Position numbers and translations under genes: made by a program. DNA of 63,087 nucleotides, counting the filler, from Klebsormidium nitens (taxonomy: Eukaryota > Plantae > Klebsormidiophyceae), in the NCBI GenBank assembly GCA_000708835.1. It is 7 parts of 7 records of this genome, joined end to end, with 100 filler letters (N's around TTAATTAATTAA, not from the genome) between each part and the next. Parts side by side here need not be neighbours in the genome. Positions count along the whole stretch, not along the records: positions 1 to 6,755 come from DF238332.1; positions 6,856 to 13,364 come from DF238397.1; 5 more parts are not named here. One strand, 5' to 3'. A model generated the notes under the pieces. That model saw only the letters and a program-made list of their open reading frames with translations, was not told the origin of the DNA and did no database searches. Positions within the stretch are counted from its first letter, which is position 1. Each line of letters begins with the position of its first letter. This document shows positions 1 to 8,472 of the stretch, one piece after another.

Positions 1-1990
1 CCCGTATCTCTCTCACCCCGAGTCGATTCTGTTCAGCGCCGCTTCACCGAACGTCCCTAGGCTGGACGACCGGGTGTTCGATTCGGCCATGCAGGCCTTC
101 AACGACCTCGCCGCCCGGTCGCGGATCCAGCACGTGTGCTCGCGCGTCGATTGCGCGCACCTCTACACGTGCGAGGTGGAGGCGGCCGAGGCAGAGGCCC
201 GGATGGCTGGCAACCCCCTGAGGCCGGAGCGAATGGAGGGGCCGAGCTCCGAGCTGGCCACGTACGCTTTTGGGCGGGACAAGGTCATCACCTTCGACGG
301 GACCTTCTTTGCCAACTCAAGCGCAATGCGGGATTCTGGCACGGAGGCGTCCTTGCATAGCATCTGCGAGCCCGATCCGGAAGCGCCGAGGGTCGCCGGG
401 GACTTCACTCCCCTGAGCGTGGGCGGGGTTCGACCTTCGGACGTGCCCTTGGAGGGCATTGATTGTCCGTGGAAGTACCGCAACGGCCTCTCGGAGTTGC
501 GGCCGGCCGTGCGTGCTCTTGCGCTCAGGTGGTGCAACTTCCGGAAGGCTCCAGCCCAAGGGAGCAACGCGCCTCTGAAGCCGGAGGAGTTTGTTGCCAT
601 GCGGGAGGGGCTTCCGGCAAATGTCGTTGCTCTGATCGACCTCGTAACGGACTCGGGAGCTTGTGGCGACCCCGCCGCGTGTGCGATTTGCAAGGCGGTG
701 CCGCGGCGGCCGTGGATGCAAGGGTTTCTCAAGGACGGGCCCGTGGGAGCGACCGGCTGGTGTCCGACTCACTTCCAGCCATACGGAGCCCTCCTCCACG
801 CCCTCCTTATTCCAAGGTACTCGTGGATCTTTGGGCACGTGGTCACGTTGAAGCTGCTGAGACACGTGTTGCTGGAGGGGCCTCTTGACGAGCGCGGAAT
901 TGCGTACCTCTCCAACGACGGCCCCATGCTGGCGGCCATCTTGCGCCTCCATTCGGTTGCCGGGGCGCTGTACGCCTTCCCGCCAACTCTCCGGCCGCTC
1001 GTGCGCGACATCTACGCCACGAATCTCCTCTGTTTCGAGCCGAGCGCAAACCGGCCCGGCACCTCCTCGCGATCGCCCTTGGCCGCCCTCCATGATGCTA
1101 CCGAGCATCTGCGGGCAATCGAAGGCGAGAGGCTGAAGCTCATGGGCCAGCTGGAGGCGGCCGCTATGGAGTATGCGGAGCGGCAAGGGGCGACTCTCAA
1201 GAGGGTCGCCAACTCGCTCCTGTTCGAGCTGGAGGTTCGCGAGCCCCCGTGCTACAGGACGGGCGGGTTCCTTCGAGCGCCATCGGCGGCCTACACTGAG
1301 CGGGTCGGCGCCGTCTCGGTCTACTCTTTCCACCCCCTGCTGTACGGCCGCCCTCAGTTTGTCGACTGGGAGGACGAGTCGGGCCGCGGCAAGCGGTCGA
1401 CGGAGGAACGGCTCACCCAACATTGCAGCGCCCCAAATCCTCGATCCTCCAAGGGGCGCGCTGGCGTGTTCATTGCGTGTTGTCAAGACCGGGCGCCGCT
1501 CGGCTACCACTGGCTGAAAGGGGGCGAGAGCGTCTCCGACCTGGGGACCGTTTTGATCACGCTGTTTCCGTTTAAGACGCTGCGGGGGCTCACGATCGTG
1601 GAGGACGCCGCTTGCAACGCCCAGGAGTGGTTCTTGAACCGGGTGCCTCAGTTGGCTAAGTTTATGCTCTTTTTGGTCGACCGATTCCACTCGGGACCCG
1701 TGAGCTGCGCACCAACAGGGGCAAAGCGCTACGCAACGCACACGTCCACGCGGTCCTTGTTCATCGACTCCTTTTCGCAGCATGGCCACACGATTACAAC
1801 CGCGTCGGAGGGCATCAATTCTGGGCTAAAGAGATGTGCAGCTAGCCTCCAGCAGATCACGAGCATCAAGCGGTTGATAAGCCGTGTGACGACCATTCTC
1901 GACACGCTTTTTGAACGGTCAAAGTATGCTGTCTATTGGAGCGAGTCTAGCAATTCGTTGAGAGACTCGATCAGGCGGGCGCGTGGCTGA
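1..1990 (+). mobile_element. KDZ (Kyakuja-Dileera-Zisupton)-type transposase ORF with Cys-cluster region, 5'-truncated by the window edge
   Basis: The 638-aa ORF stays open upstream to base 2. C-terminal motifs GVFIACC..GY..LKGGES, EDAACN..W.LNR.P, FLVDRFH and SEGINSGLK match the KDZ pattern (G.F..C.HG..GE, YD.AC, D.FH, EQ.NS.L). Family call is by motif recognition only. Confidence 0.7.
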
Positions 1991-1997
1991 CATTTGG

Positions 1998-2680
1998 CTC
2001 TATTACTCTATCATTCATTACCCACCGTCTCAAGTTCCACTCTCTTTGTACATTTTTCATGTGGTGATGGGGGCTTTTGAAGAGGTTCCGTATTTAAAGA
2101 ATCATAATAATCATAGTAATGGAGTAATAGAGATATGTACTTGAGGCTTCTTCATGGGTACATTCATGTGTGTGTGTGTGTGTGTGTTATAAAAGTAATA
2201 GAAGGTAATAAGCTATTTGGTGCTCAACGACTTTCCAACTTAAGGAAGGTTTGTCTTTCTTACCTTTTCAAGACACTCCATGCCCCTTTAATGCCTCCTC
2301 ACCACCAACACATGACCAATAAAGCAAGGGTAGAATCATGATTCGCCGATACTGTTGATTCCCTATATTACTCATTACTCTATTACCCACCGTTTCAAGT
2401 TCCATACTCTTTTGTACATTCGTCATGTGGTGATGGAGATTTTTGAAGAGGTTCCATATCTAAATAATCAATGGGTAATAGGGTAATAGGGTAACAGATA
2501 TGTGTGCTTTAGGCTTCTTTCATGGGTGCGGTCATGTGTGTGTGTGTGTGTTATAAGGTAATAAGAGGGTAATAAGCTATTTAGTACTCAACGACTTTAA
2601 GAAGGTTTGTCTTTCTTGCTTTCTCGAGTCACTATGTGCCCCTCCTCATTCCTTCTCACCACCCACCCATGATGATTCGA
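1998..2680. repeat. Diverged ~350-bp direct tandem duplication (copy A ~1998-2345, copy B ~2363-2680), each with a (GT)n tract
   Basis: Collinear shared blocks: attacccaccgt.tcaagttcca, catgtggtgatgg, ttttgaagaggttcc, aggcttc.ttcatggg, (GT)n-ttata, gtaataagctattt.gt.ctcaacgacttt, gaaggtttgtctttctt. Copy B contains the 3' end of the primase-helicase ORF. Confidence 0.9.
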
Positions 2681-5401
2681 GCAAAACGAGCACTTTTGCT
2701 CTGCGGCAGATTGTCGCAACTCTTTTGACCCTTTTGAAGCATTGACGAGCTCCTGAAGAGCTTTTGGATCTGTCATCCATGGCCCTTCTTCATCCTCGGT
2801 ATAGTCTAGCCGCTGCCAGGTGTCCACCCACTCCACGGTGGAGCTTAGAAGCTTGCCTCTATGGAGAGCCTCGCAGATAGCGCCCTGTGGGGAAAACCAC
2901 CAACCCTTGTGGGTCCGCACCCCTTGGATGGAGCGCGCCGCAGGCTTCATGTTAAAAATGGCATTCAGAGAGCGCATTAAGACGTTGACGTCGGTATGCC
3001 GATCCTCTTTGATGTCCAATTGAAGCAGAAACGTGTCATATGTCCTCTTGATGTCTGTCGATGCTACCCACGTTTCTAAAGAAGGATGAAAGCATCCGTT
3101 CTCGAGCAGCGCTTGCATCATGTTGACATGAGGTGGAATCGAGTGTTCCTTCAAGCCTTCCCCCCAAGCTGTGACCGGCATCTTTTGAGGATTCCAGTTG
3201 GATATTTCAATGGATGATAGATATCGGTGGAGGTGATATGCGGTCTCCGGTTTCTCCAACTCCTCCACAAGCTCATCAAAGTATTTCTTGTTTCCCATCT
3301 TGGCATTTGAGACTTGCTGGCAACAGTATCGACGATCGTCTGCCTCCCGTTTGACAGGCCAGTAATTGTTTGTGGTAAACACAATGTTGCTCTTGTCATC
3401 CACGCTGATAGGGTCTTGGCCTTTGCGCTCCATACACGTCGTCTCTTGAGTGATTAGGGACTTTATCCGGTCGTTCATCCGGTACGCTCCGCCCCAACTG
3501 CCACATTCGTCCAACACAATCAACAATCTATTGGCTGCTAGTGAGTTGAACTTGCCAATGATCTTTTCGATCTCGTTACAATACAAATAGTATATGGCGC
3601 CAAGGATCATCCGTCCAAAAAAGTCCCACAGTACAGACTTTCCGCATCCTTGCCCACTGCGGAACACGAGAGCCACACCAATCTTCCTCCAAGGCTTCTG
3701 AAGGGCGTGCGCCATCCAACAAAGGTTGTAATCGAACCGCTCCTTTGAGCCATCGCACAAGATGTTGCGGAGGTGCCACATGAGCTTTGGCATTTGTTCC
3801 TCGCACTCCACGAGCTCTGACTCCGTTAATCTGCAATCAAGCGGTTTGAATTTTAGCCCGGAGAACAGATTGAAGTGTCGTGAGGACCCCTTTGACGGGT
3901 CTGGCTCGAACACAATTCGATCGTATTCGCGGCGTCTGGAATCACTCTCCCAAAATTTGGCAACTTCTTTGCTCTTTCCCGATAGGCTCTGGAGTTGAAA
4001 GTTCCTGCAAACCTCCGAGAAGTCCCGGCCGGACCGGTGGATAGTCTCCTCGGGCTCAAGCTGCCCATTCGCGTCTCTCCAGTAGATGGTCTCAAGGTAG
4101 ACAGCCTTTGTCGAGCGGACGATGGCAAAGTAATGGTTCATGATACGCAAAGCGAGATTGAGCAAGTCCACTTTTGCTTTACTTGTTCGTACGTCATCTT
4201 CCCTTTTCCTCCCTTTCTCGTCGCTTTTATCTGTGGACGGCTCAAAGGGAAGAATGTAGCTCTCGCAAGTTCTGAAAAGTTCCGCTTCCGCTCTTAGAGG
4301 CAAACACTCGGGCCAGAAGTGAATGCCCAGCAGTTGCTTTGATCGATCAACGCACCCCGGACTGAGACAGCGGTACACAAGAATGCACCCGTTGCTCATG
4401 ATGCTAAACTGATTCGAATCGTGTTGATGACCATTTAAGCAAGTTCGCGTGCCGTTTGTCTTAAACTTTAGGATCTGCCACCCATTGGGGGTCCTTTCTC
4501 CAACACCGTTGAATGTGCTGGTGTCGTCTTGCACTTTATCGCGCAGCAATCTCTTGATCTCTTGGAGCGCACCTTCCAATCCGGGCAAGGCCTCCGTATT
4601 TTGCACATTACCAGAAGGTGCTGATGACATCGATGTTGAGATTTCAATACCAGATGAAGTGGCATTCGAGTCATTCTCACGTGACTTGTGCTTCTTTGGT
4701 GTCTCAATCTTGTCTGTTGCGGTCTGTTGAACGTGATCGTTGAGAAATCTTGTGAGCCAGAGAGGCATATTCTGGCATGCATCGAAGCTTGGAGGCCCGT
4801 TGAGCCATTCGTATGTCGCAAGCTTTCCGTGACCCTTCACGTAGCTTGCGGGGTGAGCAAAAACGACCCCTCCACCAGCTCGACCGTCAATACCATAGAC
4901 AGTGTCATCAACCTTGATGGTCTCGAAGTTACGGGTGCATTTGAGGCCGGGGGAAGTCGCCTTGAAATAAAAATGATACCCACCGGATCCTGATTGTGCT
5001 TTGAGTGTTTGAGGCTCGCCATATTCCTTAATAAGACGGTTCCAAAGCTCGATCCCCGGCTTTTTGTTATCTTTGCTGGACACATCAATATCAACCACGA
5101 ACAACCGACTGGGACGTGTCAGGATCGCAATTCCATTGGCGTCCTTCACCTGCCGCATTGCTTCATCATTAGAATGTTTCCACAATTCGGGCGTCGTGAT
5201 GTGTGCGTACTTGTGTGGAAAGTCAGCATCTTTTCTACCCTCTTTTTTATTCCAGAACATGCGCACGGGAATTGCATAGAGCCCAACATTGGAGAGTCCT
5301 TGGATCTCGTCTGCAACGGCTCGGGGCCCTACAGGCCTGGGGACACGAGCGGCCTGAGGTCTTGAGAGGCTGATCTGGGCGTCTGTCATTTCTTTTGACA
5401 T
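2597..5401 (-). CDS. Intronless primase-polymerase (bifunctional PrimPol/AEP) + Zn-ribbon + superfamily-3 (D5/DUF5906-like) helicase, 934 aa
   Basis: N-terminal NGIAILT..LFVVDID, SGSGGYHFYF and IDGRAGGGVVFAHPAS are PrimPol motifs. Central C.NGH.HDSN.F...YRCLSPGC is a Zn-binding motif. C-terminal SGQGCGKS (Walker A), LIVLDE (Walker B), FTTN (motif C) and DDRRY. Confidence 0.9.
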   Translation of the reverse strand: MSKEMTDAQISLSRPQAARVPRPVGPRAVADEIQGLSNVGLYAIPVRMFWNKKEGRKDADFPHKYAHITTPELWKHSNDEAMRQVKDANGIAILTRPSRLFVVDIDVSSKDNKKPGIELWNRLIKEYGEPQTLKAQSGSGGYHFYFKATSPGLKCTRNFETIKVDDTVYGIDGRAGGGVVFAHPASYVKGHGKLATYEWLNGPPSFDACQNMPLWLTRFLNDHVQQTATDKIETPKKHKSRENDSNATSSGIEISTSMSSAPSGNVQNTEALPGLEGALQEIKRLLRDKVQDDTSTFNGVGERTPNGWQILKFKTNGTRTCLNGHQHDSNQFSIMSNGCILVYRCLSPGCVDRSKQLLGIHFWPECLPLRAEAELFRTCESYILPFEPSTDKSDEKGRKREDDVRTSKAKVDLLNLALRIMNHYFAIVRSTKAVYLETIYWRDANGQLEPEETIHRSGRDFSEVCRNFQLQSLSGKSKEVAKFWESDSRRREYDRIVFEPDPSKGSSRHFNLFSGLKFKPLDCRLTESELVECEEQMPKLMWHLRNILCDGSKERFDYNLCWMAHALQKPWRKIGVALVFRSGQGCGKSVLWDFFGRMILGAIYYLYCNEIEKIIGKFNSLAANRLLIVLDECGSWGGAYRMNDRIKSLITQETTCMERKGQDPISVDDKSNIVFTTNNYWPVKREADDRRYCCQQVSNAKMGNKKYFDELVEELEKPETAYHLHRYLSSIEISNWNPQKMPVTAWGEGLKEHSIPPHVNMMQALLENGCFHPSLETWVASTDIKRTYDTFLLQLDIKEDRHTDVNVLMRSLNAIFNMKPAARSIQGVRTHKGWWFSPQGAICEALHRGKLLSSTVEWVDTWQRLDYTEDEEGPWMTDPKALQELVNASKGSKELRQSAAEQKCSFCSNHHGWVVRRNEEGHIVTRESKKDKPS

Positions 5402-5451
5402 TATGAGAAGATTTTAAATGAGGCGTTTCAAACGCGCGTGCGTTTAACCTT

Positions 5452-5841
5452 TTGTCGTTCAAATTTTCTTACCATGACATTAGTACTGACATGGAGTCGC
5501 AAAATGAAACCGCTTCAAATGACTGCTGCAATTGCAGAACGTGCAAATCTATCAGCCAATTCTATGTAAAGCACCCAGATGCTCGTAAGACTTACACGAA
5601 AAGGTACTACTACCGACATAGGGATGCAATCTTACTGGCTCAGGCTTTTGAGCGCTACAAAAATGGGCATGCATCTCAGCAAAAGACTCTCAAGCGCCTT
5701 TTCGATGCCGGCTTCCCGGTGAAGAGTCCGTGTCAAGCATGGCAGCACGATGATCATCAAATGGCGTCTTCCGGCACGTCAGATGATATTAAAGTACCCT
5801 CGCTCCGTTTGGGCGCGTTCACAAGCATCCAAGTGTCCTGA
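5452..5841 (+). CDS. Small intronless hypothetical protein (likely start M at 5491) with CxCxxC and a basic Tyr-rich helix
   Basis: ORF packed divergently from the primase-helicase and convergent with the recombinase (36-bp gap). Contains CCNCRTC and RKTYTKRYYYRHRDAIL. Confidence 0.5.
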   Translation: MSFKFSYHDISTDMESQNETASNDCCNCRTCKSISQFYVKHPDARKTYTKRYYYRHRDAILLAQAFERYKNGHASQQKTLKRLFDAGFPVKSPCQAWQHDDHQMASSGTSDDIKVPSLRLGAFTSIQVS

Positions 5842-5877
5842 AGGCAACTGCCAGGTGGCGAGCAGATTGTGAATCGT

Positions 5878-6755
5878 TCAAAATCGGATCCGAGACCCAT
5901 CTGGGTTAAATTTCTTCTCGTATGTTTGCTGGGCCATAGCGGCCGTATGCAGCATGCTCCGCGCAAGGTCGTCGCGCTCGGCTATGCTTGGAGCATCTTT
6001 GAAGAGATTGCTCACACAAATTTTTCGCAGCAGGCAACTGCCAACGCTTGCATCCTTAAACAGGCCGCTTGCGCAAAATTTCGTGAGGTAGTTTCGACTC
6101 ATTGGCTTGTCGGGCGACCTCATTCGAGACAGGAGGTACTTTCGAGGAAAGACTTGTAGCGATTCGGCTATCACGTTGTTACACCTTGTGCTCATGTCGA
6201 TTTCGGTAGGCCCGTGGTGCTTTGCCGTCTTGAAATCCTTCAGAATGAGTCGAAACTGGTCTTTTGCAAACTCGAGCAGGTAGTTTCCGGGACCGGACAT
6301 GAGTATGCGCGCATCAGGCGTCTTGATGTCATCAAAGCGAACAATGGGACACTCTGAATAATCATTGCGGATGGCTGGCTGGTACGTAAACAGACACAAG
6401 ATCAGATGCCGCATTAGAATCACTTTGTCTCCAATAGTCAACTCTTCGGGAGATTTGGGAAGGATCTTGCGATTGACGTAACGCTGCAGCTCCACTCTTC
6501 GGTCGTTGATCTCCGACAAGCTCTTCCAGTTTGCCGCTTCGCGCTCCGTCAAAACCTGTGGCGGCGGCTTGGCATCCTTCATCTCCTTCCGGACCTGCAT
6601 GTACCTCGTATAGTATGCATCGTACAGCGGCTGATCATTGGGAAAGACTTTGCGCACCACAACGAGCAGAGGGTTTAGGCCAGTTGCTTGCATTGAGAGC
6701 TTTGTAGGATACCTGTCCTGAAAATGCTTTATGATGGCGTCAACATCCTTGACCC
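5878..6755 (-). CDS. Tyrosine recombinase/integrase of the type carried by Polinton-like viruses, virophages and giant viruses; 5' end lies in the gap
   Basis: Catalytic order R (PAIRNDY), K (FKTAK), xLLR (SCLLRK), H (MLHT), Y (QQTYEK). The frame stays open upstream of the tracked M (VKDVDAIIKHFQDRYPTKLS) up to the N gap at 6756. Confidence 0.75.
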
Positions 6756-7189
6756 NNNNNNNNNNNNNNNNNNNNNNNNNNNNNNNNNNNNNNNNNNNNT
6801 TAATTAATTAANNNNNNNNNNNNNNNNNNNNNNNNNNNNNNNNNNNNNNNNNNNNGCAACACTCACACTCACACTTACACTTCTACTCACACGAATACGC
6901 AATCTCCTACGCAATCAGGTCCATCCGACTTCGAAGACTTCGGAACGCCACCTCCTAATCTACCAACCAAACGCTATCCCGCAGAACCGGGACTAGCACC
7001 AAATCTACGACTCTAACTACTGGTGGTCTTCATCGTCGCCGTCGACGCCTGAACGCCACCCAAACTATCTTCTCGGTCGCCGGCCGCCGCGCGAACTCCT
7101 TCCGCGCGCGCGCGGGCTCGCGTACAGCAGGGGATGACGAAGTGGCACTGTCCGCGAGGGGGTGACTCTTGGGCAGCACAGACCATTCT

Positions 7190-7304
7190 AGAATTATTTA
7201 ACCTTTCCGAATTTCCACTTTCCGAATGAGAAATCCGAATTTCTCACTTTCCGAATGCAAATAATTATTTATTTATTCGGAATCATTACCTTGGCCTACG
7301 GTAC
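7190..7304 (-). repeat. TTCCGAA-rich dispersed repeat; inverted copy of 54616-54674
   Basis: 7246-7294 is the reverse complement of 54627-54674 with one indel (ccaaggta(a)tgattccgaataaataaataattatttgcattcggaaagt). Confidence 0.8.
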
Positions 7305-8182
7305 CTATTTCTAAATATTAAGGCTAAGTGTCATTGCGTGCGGTTTTCCTACAAACGTCAACAGTAACCCGTTACCCGTAACCCGAGCCTGCAGCCTGCG
7401 GCCCGCGACGTGTGACGACGTAGGTACGACGTAGGACTATGATACGTATTACGTACTACCGTAGATATTTTAGCTAGTGCACATTCGCCGCAGCCGAATC
7501 TTCCGGGGAGTATAATGCGGTGCGGCGTGCACACTGCCAGTGCACGAGTCCGTCCGAGTTGGTCCGAGTCCGGAGTCCGGACTCCGCCTAAACAGTACTG
7601 GAATTCGGCGCCTATTACCTACCTAGGTAGGTACCAGCCTACTACTACCTAGGTAGTGCGGTTTCCCGTACCTCCAGTAGGTACCTACAGCAGTACCGTT
7701 CTCCCGGCATTTGGAGTACGGCAGCAGATAAAAACAAAGTTCTGTACATATATCAGGCACTGTTCCCTACAAGCCGATCAGAGGACTGTACACTTTTTGG
7801 TGTGCGCGCGGGTTGCGCGGCAACTACCCCGGGGTACTATCCAACACCGCACCCGGGAAAGCAAGCAGCCCTTCCTGTGACTTTTAGGGTCTCGCAAGCA
7901 TGACCGGGAGACAACCGGGTACTTCCAAGTGATTGTCGGTCACATTCCGCTAGGTTTTTATTAGTCCCCGGGGTTCTGTACCTGTACAACATTCCTCTGC
8001 GGTTAAAGTGCTTCCTAATAGGTAGGGAACATGGTCCTAACACGTACAAAACTTTGTGGTTATCAGCAGAGACCCATGGTCTACCGTACTACCGTAATGC
8101 GATGTGTCCATGTGTCAAGGCGATTACCGTAGGTATCAATATTGGTACGTACGGTAGCGTGGATAGGCCGTTAACACAATTA

Positions 8183-8472
8183 GGCGGGTCGAATTTAATT
8201 CCCGGGTTCCGGTCCTACCCCCTTTTGGGTGGGTCGGTCGGTCGGGAAAATTAATAGTTGGTTTTTTGCTAGTATGTTTGAAATATGAAATAATATGGGG
8301 TATTTTTGGGGGAAAACCTCGTTTCTTGGCCCAGATCTTTTAGACTGTCAATACTTTCAACCCAGAATCGGAAAATCTGGGACAAAATATCCACTATAGT
8401 TATTATTTTTTAGAATCCTTCGGATTTTGGGTCGGTCGGGGACCGGAAACCGGGAATTAACTTCGAGTCGCC
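8183..8472. mobile_element. Tourist/Harbinger-like MITE, 290 bp
   Basis: Imperfect ~33-bp TIRs (ggcgggtcgaatttaattcccgggttccggtcc / ggaccggaaaccgggaattaacttcgagtcgcc), AT-rich interior, flanks TTA / TCA (TNA-like 3-bp TSD with one mismatch). Confidence 0.65.

Larger units (their letters stand above)
1998..6755 (-). mobile_element. Putative endogenous Polinton-like virus or capsid-less YR-PrimPol integrative element (partial)
   Basis: Three tightly packed intronless ORFs (replication plus integration functions) in an intron-rich genome. Visibly less GC-rich than the adjacent KDZ ORF, with a duplicated terminus. No capsid or packaging-ATPase ORF in the sequenced part. Confidence 0.6.

Noticed and set aside
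317-1789. 490-aa minus-strand ORF opposite the KDZ gene, and similar long antisense ORFs over the hAT, ACLA and GC-rich exons
   Set aside because: Shadow ORFs expected from GC-rich codon usage; no recognisable motifs, while the opposite strand has clear family signatures.
2597-6755. Module as plain bacterial or phage contamination
   Set aside because: Its left end is contiguous, without a gap, with a eukaryote-type KDZ transposase and (GT)n microsatellites, and no Shine-Dalgarno-like signals are evident. Not fully excluded without read data.
6756-6855. TTAATTAATTAA embedded in N runs (also near 13408, 17659, 24115, 30182, 57737)
   Set aside because: It is identical in every such gap and gives stops in all six frames, so it is a scaffolding spacer and not biological sequence.
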